Positions 1 to 7,969 of a stretch of DNA of 26,848 nt are shown here, one piece after another. The stretch is taken from assembly GCA_963932905.1 (NCBI GenBank), contig CAWVRN010000038.1, forward strand, positions 1 to 26,848. Reading direction: 5' to 3'. The translations under genes were made by a program, and so were the position numbers. The stretch is from an uncultured Bdellovibrio sp. (GTDB taxonomy: Bacteria; Bdellovibrionota; Bdellovibrionia; Bdellovibrionales; Bdellovibrionaceae). Below the pieces are notes generated by a model that was given only the letters and a program-made list of their open reading frames with translations, had not been told where the DNA came from and made no database searches. How positions within the stretch are numbered: position 1 is the stretch's first letter; every line of letters starts with the position of its first letter.

Positions 1-58
1 TTTCTGGATTTTAGATAGCACGTTTTAAATTCACTTGATTTGACGATATTTTACTGGC

Positions 59-85
59 CTTAGCCGCAGGCTAAGGGGCCAGTTC
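59..85. repeat. REP-like palindromic repeat, copy 1
   Basis: cttagccgcaggctaaggggccagttc has the hairpin core cttagcc-gca-ggctaag; its reverse complement matches 26795-26821 at 25/27 positions. Confidence 0.65.
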
Positions 86-163
86 ATGACATATATTCCT
101 GTCGTTTTTACATCATTGAGGACCTATCCTTGTGGAAACACGGGATAAACGGTAAAAAATGGC

Positions 164-433
164 ATGCAAGAAATCGACAAAATTCGTTCAGAGATTGACC
201 AAATTCACAAGGAACTAGCTAGCCTTTTTCAACGTCGTTTGGTGCTTGCAAAAAAAATCTGGGAACTGAAAAAATCCAATCAATTGTCTTTTGTTGATCC
301 TAAACGTGAAGAGCTGATTGTTCATAGTTTTGATGATAAAATTGCCGACGCTGACGAGCGTGCAGCCGTACAAAGTTTTTTTAAATCATTGCTACTTGAA
401 TCGCGAAAATATCTAGAGGCAAAACTAAAATGA
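164..433 (+). CDS. Stand-alone chorismate mutase (AroQ / type II)
   Basis: 89 aa helical protein with AroQ motifs IRSEID, QRR, LKK, DPKREE, ES; stop overlaps the next ATG (ATGA). Confidence 0.85.
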   Translation: MQEIDKIRSEIDQIHKELASLFQRRLVLAKKIWELKKSNQLSFVDPKREELIVHSFDDKIADADERAAVQSFFKSLLLESRKYLEAKLK

Positions 434-2973
434 TGACGTCGGATTTTGAATTATTGTTACCAGTGGGACAAAAAGAAATGGCCGAAGCCGCTATTCAAAA
501 TGGCGCAGATGCCATCTATGTTGGTTTCCCGGGATTCAATGCACGTGGCCGTAGCTATGACTTTGAATTAGAAGAATTAAAACAAATCATTCAGATGTGC
601 CATTTAAATGGCGTTAAAGTAAATCTGGCGTTTAACATCGTTATTTTTGAAAATGAGTTGCCATCCATCGTCGAAGCTATCAAAAAAGTTCTGCCGTTAA
701 AACCAGATGCATTGATTGTACAGGATTTGGGTTTAGTCAGCATTGTGAAGGAAATGTGCCCAGAGCAAATTGTGCACGCATCAACACAAATGACTATCAC
801 AAATGATTTAGCGATTCAGTTTTTGGAAAATTTAAACATTAGACGTTTTGTGCTAGGTCGCGAAAATTCATTGCAAGAAATCAAATTGATTGCTGAACGT
901 ACAAAAAAGGAATTGGAAGTATTTGTTCATGGGGCCTTGTGCGTGTCCTATTCGGGCCAGTGTTTTACATCTGAAACCCTGGGCGGTCGTTCCGCCAATC
1001 GCGGGCAATGCGCGCAAAGCTGCCGTTTTAGTTATGATCTGATCGTTGATGGTGAAACTAAGAATCTGGTCGACAAGACGTATCTTGTGTCGCCCAAAGA
1101 TTTATGCGGTATTGCAGAAATTCCTGAGTTAATGAAGCTAGGCGTGAAAAGTTTCAAAGTCGAAGGTCGCTTGAAAACTCCTGATTACGTGGCACAAGTA
1201 GCTAAGTCATTCCGTTCTGCTATTGATAAGACAGTTCAAAATAACTCCTTAACAGAAGAGCAAGTTCTAAAAGAAAAAAACAAAATGGGCGTGGAATATT
1301 CACGCGGTTTTTTCCCAGGCTGGTTGCATGGCGTGAATCATCAAGAACTAGTCGATGGCCGTTTCGGATCACATCGCGGTGTTGAAATTGGTCGGGTAGT
1401 CATGATCCAGAAAAGTTCTATGACGATTGAACTAAACAAGAACAAAATGGATATCGAGAATGGGGACGGCTTGTTATGGTTCGAAAATGATCAGAAGAAT
1501 GGTGCTAATATTTATTCAATTACTCAGGCTAAGAACGCCATTACGGTGGAATTTTCGAATTCGACGGTGATTAAGCGCGAAGCGATGGGTTCGACGGTTT
1601 ATCTGAATCATGACAGGAGTCAAAAGCGTGAAATCGAAAAGTCACTAACAGATAAGAACACGTTTAAGAAAATACCAGTATCAGTGACGTTAGACTTAGT
1701 CGAAGGCCAACCACTATCTGTAACGGTACAAGACGATCGCTTCCAATTAAAACTAGCGTCAGACAGTCTTTTATCAAAAGCACAGAACAAGCCATTAAAC
1801 GACGATGGACTGTTTGATGAATTTTCGTCATTAGCTAACACAGTGTTCAAGCTAGAGCGATCGTCATTTAAAACAAATTTGGATTCAGGCGCGACGCTTT
1901 TTTTAAATCACAAAGAAATAAAAAACCTAAGACAAAAACTATTCGCTGAACTAACAAGATTGCGAGCAGAAAACAAAATCGAGTCGGCAATAGACGTGGT
2001 CGTTTCTGATTATGTCCTAATCAGGGCGGAAACGGCGACCCCAGAACCCCGAACGATAGCGGTCGGCCTCAACGTCCTTCTGAGAAACAAAGACCAAGTC
2101 CGCGATCTAATCACCGCTCTAACTGATGGCACTCTTCGACCTAACAATCTAAAGTCAGTGTGCTTAGATTTTGAATTCGGTCGTGACTACAAAGATTCTG
2201 TAGAGGAAGTCAAAGCCCTGGGAATCAAAGTTGGTATCGCAACGACTCGTATTTTAAAACCGCAGGAATATGTAAATCTAAAAGTCATCCACGCAATGAA
2301 TCCTGACTTTGTCCTGGTTAGAAATTTGGGTGCATTGTATTATTATAAAAACATTCAGAAATTCACCGGTGAATTAAAGGGTGATTTCAGCTTGAATGTT
2401 ACAAATCACAAAACGTTCCAGTATCTTTTGGGCAACGGACTGGATTCTGTCTGCTTGTCGTACGATTTAAATCAAGATCAAACAGTTGCCTTGCTAAAAA
2501 ATATCGATGCCAGCAAAGCAGAAGTGACAATTCATCAATCCATGCCAAGCTTCCATATGGAACATTGCGTGTTCGCGGCGTTCTTAAGCAAAGGAAAAAG
2601 TTATAAGGATTGCGGTAAACCATGCGAAAAACACAAAGTGCAATTAAAAGATCAATTTGGCCATTATCATTGGATTAAGCCAGATCACGAGTGCCGAAAC
2701 ACGATGTACAATTCTAGCGCGCAGACTGCATTGCCTTATTTATCAGATTGGAAAAACCTAGGACTCGGCGAGATCCGTTACGAAGCGTTACATGAATCGG
2801 GTGAAGAGTTAATTTCTAAAATCAAAAACTATGTGGATGTATTAGCAAATAAAAAATCTATAAATGAGGCACTAGCAGATCTTCAGACAAAAGAATTGTA
2901 TGGTCTATCGCCACGCCAATTAAACAAATCAGTTGAGTATCAAGCACGTAAGAAGGACCACAGTTTTTTATAG
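430..2973 (+). CDS. Peptidase U32 family protein, long RlhA-like form (probable O2-independent RNA hydroxylase)
   Basis: ELLLPVG, GADAIYVG, FNAR, HASTQM, Fe-S motif EVFVHGALCVSYSGQC..NRGQCAQSCR, KVEGRLK; second Cys-rich U32-like C-terminal domain (MEHCVF..CGKPC..ECRNTMYN). Confidence 0.9.
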   Translation: MMTSDFELLLPVGQKEMAEAAIQNGADAIYVGFPGFNARGRSYDFELEELKQIIQMCHLNGVKVNLAFNIVIFENELPSIVEAIKKVLPLKPDALIVQDLGLVSIVKEMCPEQIVHASTQMTITNDLAIQFLENLNIRRFVLGRENSLQEIKLIAERTKKELEVFVHGALCVSYSGQCFTSETLGGRSANRGQCAQSCRFSYDLIVDGETKNLVDKTYLVSPKDLCGIAEIPELMKLGVKSFKVEGRLKTPDYVAQVAKSFRSAIDKTVQNNSLTEEQVLKEKNKMGVEYSRGFFPGWLHGVNHQELVDGRFGSHRGVEIGRVVMIQKSSMTIELNKNKMDIENGDGLLWFENDQKNGANIYSITQAKNAITVEFSNSTVIKREAMGSTVYLNHDRSQKREIEKSLTDKNTFKKIPVSVTLDLVEGQPLSVTVQDDRFQLKLASDSLLSKAQNKPLNDDGLFDEFSSLANTVFKLERSSFKTNLDSGATLFLNHKEIKNLRQKLFAELTRLRAENKIESAIDVVVSDYVLIRAETATPEPRTIAVGLNVLLRNKDQVRDLITALTDGTLRPNNLKSVCLDFEFGRDYKDSVEEVKALGIKVGIATTRILKPQEYVNLKVIHAMNPDFVLVRNLGALYYYKNIQKFTGELKGDFSLNVTNHKTFQYLLGNGLDSVCLSYDLNQDQTVALLKNIDASKAEVTIHQSMPSFHMEHCVFAAFLSKGKSYKDCGKPCEKHKVQLKDQFGHYHWIKPDHECRNTMYNSSAQTALPYLSDWKNLGLGEIRYEALHESGEELISKIKNYVDVLANKKSINEALADLQTKELYGLSPRQLNKSVEYQARKKDHSFL

Positions 2974-3032
2974 TCAACTAGACTAGACCATCGTCAATTA
3001 AAGATTCTTTATAGTATGGCGATAGGCTGGTC

Positions 3033-3707
3033 ATGCATACAAAAAACGCACTCATTATCGAAGTAGAAAATGGCGCCACTTTCCCAGAGTATTTTTTGGA
3101 TATGTTTAAATTCCAAGAAGTAAATAGGATGTTCCTTCGGGATGTCACATCGGGATTTAGAACCGACAAGTACGATTTTGTGCTGTATTCGTGTGACTGT
3201 GTGAATGAACGCCAGCTTAGATGGATATTGCCATTTGCGAACAAAAACCCGCGGTCGCAGTTTATTATTTTAACAGAGCAGATTTCTATCCACGCCTATA
3301 AACAAGTAACCGAAATGGGAAACATCATCACGTTGCAAATTCCATTAGGTGACCAAGTTATTCAGGCTATGATTAAACATTTGGTACAAGATAGTTCAAT
3401 GATTGCAACACAGCGGTTTCCAAGATTCATTACCGATGAACCCGTTAGAATGGTGGTGATGGAAACGGGACTACTCATACCAAGTCGTATGAAAAACTAC
3501 TCGGCCAGCGGTGCTTTTATCGAATATAAAGGCATGCATTTACGAGTCGGTCATACGCTAAAAGTAAATTTACCCAACCAAGAACATCCTCCGACGAAAA
3601 AATCGTTGCAACTGGATGGTAAGGTCGTTTGGGTTCGCAGTAGTGAAGCCCATTCGGGTGCTAGCTGTGGTATTGGGGTTCAATTCACTAGCCTAGAAGC
3701 TGCTTAG
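3033..3707 (+). CDS. PilZ domain protein with a degenerate receiver-like N-terminus
   Basis: C-terminal QRFPRF..NYSASGAFI..GKVVWVR..GIGVQF is the PilZ signature. Confidence 0.8.
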   Translation: MHTKNALIIEVENGATFPEYFLDMFKFQEVNRMFLRDVTSGFRTDKYDFVLYSCDCVNERQLRWILPFANKNPRSQFIILTEQISIHAYKQVTEMGNIITLQIPLGDQVIQAMIKHLVQDSSMIATQRFPRFITDEPVRMVVMETGLLIPSRMKNYSASGAFIEYKGMHLRVGHTLKVNLPNQEHPPTKKSLQLDGKVVWVRSSEAHSGASCGIGVQFTSLEAA

Positions 3708-4398
3708 GAACGTTAGTTGAATCCTTTAGAGGTACGACCGCACGTTTAAGTCCACGTTGCTCACGATAGATATGCACACAAATATAAATGCTAGCAATCG
3801 CCGCAAAGAAGCACCAGACCGAGGTCGTCGCATATTTCCAAGACGACAGCGTAATTAGCAATCCCGCTAATATTAAATAGCCTGTCGTTTTTACCCACTT
3901 TATCGACGAGATAAAAAATGGCAGTACCGTAGACGAGAAATAGAAAATTGCATGCATGTTGGGCGGAAAAAACGATGCGGTGTTTTTTTCAAAACCGTAA
4001 TTCAAACACTGGCCAACGATTTCACTGCGAGGATTTCCAGTCCAGATAACATACGTCGCAACGACAGCAAAAAATAATCCCATCGATTGGCTGACATACA
4101 AAAGTTTTTTTCTTAGCGGAACTGTTTCCATTTTAGAAATAGCCCACGGAATCCATGCGGGCCATAGGGCAAACGCAATAAATATAAATGCGATCACGGC
4201 ACCCAGTTGGAACGAATACAAATTGCTATCTTGTAAAGTTAACCACACCACGCCTTCAGCGGCTTGCTGTGCACCGAAGATAAACGGCAGGGCCACAAAG
4301 CCCCGTTGATGGGGATATTTATTCAAAGCGAGGGCGGCGGCCCCGGTTGTGGCAAGAACGGCGGCCGAAGTGAAACTGGCTGAGGCAGAAAAGCACAT
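3688..4398 (-). CDS. Multi-pass membrane protein (MCFSA-start family, DUF6629-like)
   Basis: MCFSASASF start (ATG at 4398 after a G-rich SD), motifs QQAAEGVVW and TSVWCFFAA, about 7 hydrophobic segments. Confidence 0.7.
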   Translation of the reverse strand: MCFSASASFTSAAVLATTGAAALALNKYPHQRGFVALPFIFGAQQAAEGVVWLTLQDSNLYSFQLGAVIAFIFIAFALWPAWIPWAISKMETVPLRKKLLYVSQSMGLFFAVVATYVIWTGNPRSEIVGQCLNYGFEKNTASFFPPNMHAIFYFSSTVLPFFISSIKWVKTTGYLILAGLLITLSSWKYATTSVWCFFAAIASIYICVHIYREQRGLKRAVVPLKDSTNVPKQLLG

Positions 4399-4668
4399 AG
4401 AACCCCCCAAAATTCAATTTAATCGAAATTGATATTTCAGAAATACATCTCGAAATTTGTATAAAGCAAACGTCGGACCCGAAGTTTGCAAAATGACAAC
4501 GAGGTTTAATCAAATGTTTGACTGATTTGAACCTGCATTTTTTGTGAGTGTGTTTAAATCAGCACGTTCAATAGCAGAAACTAATCTGTATTTCTGTCTA
4601 CAAATGACTATTGTAAAATCTGATTAATTTAAATATATTATCGAAATAACTAATAGCATAGGGCCGGT

Positions 4669-5547
4669 ATGAGTTTATCATCAATTCAATTAGATGCATT
4701 TTGGGCGTTATCCAAAACCGGAAACTTTTCAAAAGCGGCACAATCTCTTCATATTACGCAATCGGCACTTTCCCAGCGTATTATCAATTTAGAAGAATCT
4801 GTGGGAACTACATTGGTCATTCGCGATTCAAATGGAATCAGGCTAACATATACTGGCCAGGAATTGCTTCGCTATATTCAAAAAAAGCAAGCGTTAGAGG
4901 AAGAGTTTCAAACCCGTGCTGGGATGGATGCCAGTGGCTCACAAGTCAAACTGTCAGGACGCATTCGTATGGCTTCACTCTCTAGTTTAATGCATTCGGT
5001 ATTGTTTCCGGCGCTGGATGAAATTTTAAATTCTCATCCTGATGTTTTGGTAGATACATCAGTCGCTGAAATGCGGGATTTAGAAAATAAATTACGCCAA
5101 GGCCAGGCCGATTTTGTAGTGACCAACGCGGAATGGAAAAAAGAAGATCTAAAAGGTTATAAATTAGGCGAAGAAGAAAGTGTATTAGTGCGTTCTAAAC
5201 TAAATAAAGAGCGTGAAAATATTTTTCTAGATCATGATCCACAAGATACGACGACCGAGGATTTCATGCGTTTGAATGGGCAAAAAGCGCGATCCTTTCG
5301 GCGATGTTATGTGGACGACATTTACGGAATTTTGGAAGGTGTTTCCCTAGGTTGGGGCAGTGCCATTGTATCCAAGCACTTAATTGACTCTAATCCCAAA
5401 TATCAAGATACAATTAAGGTCGCAAAAGGTTATGTGCCATTAAAGACGCCTGTTTGGCTTTATCATTACGAACAGCCCTATTACACGCGATTAGAACAAA
5501 TGGTCATCGATAGCCTATGCGAAAATGTACGCAAGATTTTGGGATAG
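4669..5547 (+). CDS. LysR family transcriptional regulator
   Basis: HTH NFSKAAQSLHITQSALSQRIINLEE, 292 aa, divergent from the membrane-protein gene. Confidence 0.95.
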   Translation: MSLSSIQLDAFWALSKTGNFSKAAQSLHITQSALSQRIINLEESVGTTLVIRDSNGIRLTYTGQELLRYIQKKQALEEEFQTRAGMDASGSQVKLSGRIRMASLSSLMHSVLFPALDEILNSHPDVLVDTSVAEMRDLENKLRQGQADFVVTNAEWKKEDLKGYKLGEEESVLVRSKLNKERENIFLDHDPQDTTTEDFMRLNGQKARSFRRCYVDDIYGILEGVSLGWGSAIVSKHLIDSNPKYQDTIKVAKGYVPLKTPVWLYHYEQPYYTRLEQMVIDSLCENVRKILG

Positions 5548-5593
5548 ATAGACGGGCATGGATAAATATGTCAGACTTTTTCAAAAGGGGAGA

Positions 5594-5659
5594 ATGATGT
5601 CGATTAGTGTAGCTGACTATCTTTTTAAGCAAACTAAAAATAAATTCTTACGACGGTAA
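5594..5659 (+). CDS. Possible 21-aa small/leader ORF (MMSISVADYLFKQTKNKFLRR)
   Basis: AGGGGAG SD-like sequence directly upstream of ATG 5594; TAA at 5657-5659, 8 nt before the RluA-family start. Confidence 0.25.
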   Translation: MMSISVADYLFKQTKNKFLRR

Positions 5660-5667
5660 AAACTAAT

Positions 5668-6522
5668 ATGACTGGCTCATCGGATGGGGTTGAACATTTT
5701 AATAACACAGATCCCGTATTGTTGAGCGAAGCAGTTCATGATGTTCTAGGGATAAATTATGAAGAGTTCAAGGCGCTGATTAAAATTGGCGCTATCTATG
5801 TAAATAATCATCGACAATCTAAAGACAAATGGATTTTAGAAACAAACAGCGTGTTTAGAGTTCATACTAAACCGCGACGATTTTCATGCGATTACGATTG
5901 GAAATCACGAGTTGTTTTCCAAAATGAATCATTTTTGGTTTTAAACAAACCATCAGGCCTTCCCAGTCACCCTGCTGTAGATAATGCGTTGGAAAATGCG
6001 CTAACGCAAACAAGTCTGGTGTTGCAGGTTCCGCTTTATGTGACCCATCGTCTGGACACACTGACTTCGGGATTGATTGTTTACGGTAAGAAAAAGCAGT
6101 TTGTGAAAGATTTCAATATTCAAATGCTGGAACGTAAGGTTCAGAAGAAATATGTGGCGATCATTGAGGGGAGTCAAAATTTTCCAAAACACCTGACTCA
6201 TTATATGGACACGTCACCAGGAACGCCAAAGAGGTTATCTGCAGAGCCACGTGAAGATTGGGAAATTTGTAAATTAGAAATTCTTGATCAAAATGAAGTG
6301 TCGCCAGGTAAAAGGTGGGTGAAAATCAATTTATTGACAGGTCGAACCCACCAAATTCGTTCTCAAATGTCCTTCTTAGGCGCACCTATATTGGGTGATA
6401 AGTTGTATGGGGCGAAAACAGAATATCAGAAAAATGCCATAGCATTGCGATCATATCAGATTGAGTTTGTATTTGAAGGCAAACCGGTAAAGTTTGCCTT
6501 AGAGGAAACATTTATTCTGTAA
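5668..6522 (+). CDS. RluA family RNA pseudouridine synthase
   Basis: LNKPSGL, catalytic HRLD, TGRTHQIR, PILGDKLYG. Confidence 0.93.
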   Translation: MTGSSDGVEHFNNTDPVLLSEAVHDVLGINYEEFKALIKIGAIYVNNHRQSKDKWILETNSVFRVHTKPRRFSCDYDWKSRVVFQNESFLVLNKPSGLPSHPAVDNALENALTQTSLVLQVPLYVTHRLDTLTSGLIVYGKKKQFVKDFNIQMLERKVQKKYVAIIEGSQNFPKHLTHYMDTSPGTPKRLSAEPREDWEICKLEILDQNEVSPGKRWVKINLLTGRTHQIRSQMSFLGAPILGDKLYGAKTEYQKNAIALRSYQIEFVFEGKPVKFALEETFIL

Positions 6523-6532
6523 TCTTATTTTT

Positions 6533-6576
6533 AAAATAAAAAAAAGGAAAAGGCCCGAAGTATAGACTTCGGGCCC
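6533..6576 (-). terminator. Intrinsic terminator (minus strand; hairpin could also serve the RluA-family gene)
   Basis: 10-bp stem ggcccgaagt(6552-6561)/acttcgggcc(6566-6575), with an A-rich tract on its left that reads as a U-tract on the minus strand. Confidence 0.85.
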
Positions 6577-6768
6577 TCACTATCGTTGGATGTCAGGCGC
6601 GACACTGACTAGGTACCGGAGCAGTGTGAACTGTACAGCCGGCAGGATTGCACCAGTGTTAGCCTGCTCGGCACTCCCTCGGTTCCGGTGATGTGATAAG
6701 TCACATCACTGCTTTCCGACTGGTCACAACGTAAACGACCCGTGTATTTAGTACGGGTCGCTGGGTAA
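6545..6768 (-). ncRNA. Candidate structured non-coding RNA, family unknown
   Basis: Visibly GC-richer intergenic block with at least 5 stems, bounded by a sigma54 motif at 6780-6794 and the terminator at 6533-6576; no credible ORF or RBS; strand inferred from promoter and terminator. Confidence 0.6.
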
Positions 6769-6779
6769 TTTAATGAATT

Positions 6780-6794
6780 GCAATTCAAGCGCCT
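6780..6794 (-). promoter_or_regulatory. sigma54 -24/-12 promoter for the candidate ncRNA
   Basis: Minus strand AGGCGC-TTGAA-TTGC(A), exact GG-N10-GC spacing. Confidence 0.6.
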
Positions 6795-6879
6795 AGATAC
6801 ACTTCGACGTATTACGATTTTAGATAAGAAAAGTTCCAATTTTCCCTATTAGCACGAGGCAAATAGCTTTTGCTTGGTC

Positions 6880-6894
6880 TGGCATAGATATTGA
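6880..6894 (+). promoter_or_regulatory. sigma54-like promoter (TTGA variant at -12)
   Basis: TGGCAT-AGATA-TTGA upstream of the 6908 ORF. Confidence 0.45.
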
Positions 6895-6907
6895 AATCTT
6901 TTTTTGT

Positions 6908-7213
6908 ATGCCTAAATATTTTAGAAAAAAAATGGCCGTTGCTCCTTACACAATGTCAGAACATTTTAATAGTTATTCACTTTTTTTAATTCTTTCGCAA
7001 TCTAGTCAGAAACGAACTTTAGTAAGCACAGATCGATTTAAACGGGAACTAACTATCAAAGTGGCTAAAAAAAGCAATCGTTCTGAAAAATTAGACTACT
7101 GGATTTTTGAAGTTCCTGAAGATGGATTAATGAGTGAAATACAGTCGCAGTTTCGCCAAAGTGGAATCGAAATCACTATTCCTAAAAAAATTAAATCAAT
7201 TGCAGCGTCCTAA
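6908..7213 (+). CDS. Hypothetical basic protein (start could be 6932 or 6953)
   Basis: Open frame filling the gap between a sigma54-like promoter and a terminator hairpin; no recognised domain. Confidence 0.55.
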   Translation: MPKYFRKKMAVAPYTMSEHFNSYSLFLILSQSSQKRTLVSTDRFKRELTIKVAKKSNRSEKLDYWIFEVPEDGLMSEIQSQFRQSGIEITIPKKIKSIAAS

Positions 7214-7217
7214 AACG

Positions 7218-7246
7218 AAAAAAGGCTATGACGTTCCGTCATAGCC
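7218..7246 (-). terminator. Intrinsic terminator for the BON/YgaP-like operon
   Basis: Stem ggctatgacg-ttc-cgtcatagcc (7224-7246) with A6 on its left (U-tract on minus). Confidence 0.8.
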
Positions 7247-7273
7247 CGTAAAAACTATGTTTTCTTGTTATAA

Positions 7274-7459
7274 TTAAGTGGAACAGGTTGAAACACCAAA
7301 TATTTTGTACAGCGGACAAAATCCGACTATGCCTGTGAAAATTGGAATCAGCCCAAGAGCAGCCCAATTGCTTTTTGGACCCCAGAATAAAAGTGATATA
7401 ATTCCAATACCTAAAATCACTCTTAAAGTTCGATCTGTGTTACTTTCATTCATTTTCAT
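7274..7459 (-). CDS. YgaP-like / DUF2892 small membrane protein
   Basis: MN...DR.LR..LG..., TGIVGFCPLY.IFGVSTC signature; SD AAGGA. Confidence 0.9.
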   Translation of the reverse strand: MKMNESNTDRTLRVILGIGIISLLFWGPKSNWAALGLIPIFTGIVGFCPLYKIFGVSTCST

Positions 7460-7475
7460 ATTTTATCCTTTAAAT

Positions 7476-7865
7476 CTAATGAAGAGGATTTACTTGCAGT
7501 TTGTTTTCTACGGTTGAAACCCCGGGAGCACTCCAGGCCGCCCATTTTGCATTGTCCATGTCAGCAAACGATTTAACATCACCGCGTAGGGTAACTTTGT
7601 CTCCGGAGACTTCTACTTTTATATGGTTAGCTTCATTTTTGGCTTCGCGCTTTAGGGCGTCTTCAATTTTTTCAACCACCGCTTTGACACCGCCCACGCG
7701 CTGAGTGGCTTTTTCAGATGCCAGTTTCTCAATGAAACTAGGAACTCTACCAGACAAGGTTACGATTCCGTTCAGTATCGAAACACCAATGTGTCCATGA
7801 GAGATATTTGGATCCCAATTTAGTTGTTCCAAAACATCGGCTTGGATTTGTGAATCTGATTTCAT
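7476..7865 (-). CDS. BON domain protein (two BON domains; appears internally shortened)
   Basis: SDSQIQADVLEQLNWDP..GIVTLSGRV..RVGGVKAV and IKVEVSGDKVTLRGDV..AAWSAPGVSTVENKL; SD AAGGAG. Confidence 0.9.
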   Translation of the reverse strand: MKSDSQIQADVLEQLNWDPNISHGHIGVSILNGIVTLSGRVPSFIEKLASEKATQRVGGVKAVVEKIEDALKREAKNEANHIKVEVSGDKVTLRGDVKSFADMDNAKWAAWSAPGVSTVENKLQVNPLH

Positions 7866-7918
7866 TTTTAACTCCTTTTAAATGCGACCGATTAGGCACA
7901 GGTATACCAAAAACTGGT

Positions 7919-7933
7919 GCATCAACTGGACCC
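7919..7933 (-). promoter_or_regulatory. sigma54 promoter for the BON operon
   Basis: Minus GGGTCC-AGTTG-ATGC, correct spacing, 41 bp from the palindrome pair. Confidence 0.55.
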
Positions 7934-7969
7934 ACTTCAATTAAAGTAAAATTATACCTGAAATATAAA

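Noticed and set aside
6590..6705. Resemblance to SAM-I (cttatca..gaggga..ggtgc.aat.cctgc) or cobalamin (ggtgcaatcc..agtcag..cctgac) riboswitches on the minus strand
   Set aside because: Core elements are missing (SAM-I AUC.AGAG, GCAACC and closing GAU; cobalamin GGGAA and GCCCC.GC.ACUGU), and there is no downstream gene; needs cmscan to exclude formally.
6577..6770. 6S RNA, CsrB-like sponge or retron msr/msd
   Set aside because: The possible rod has a very asymmetric bubble, there are only about three GGA motifs per strand, and no reverse transcriptase lies nearby.
6609..6839. 76-aa minus-strand ORF over the structured region
   Set aside because: It has a non-ATG start upstream of the predicted sigma54 start site, no SD, and no protein-like features; RNA structure explains the region better.
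7896..7909. Alternative sigma54 motif TGGTATACCTGTGC (minus)
   Set aside because: GG-GC spacing is one base short of the strict requirement.
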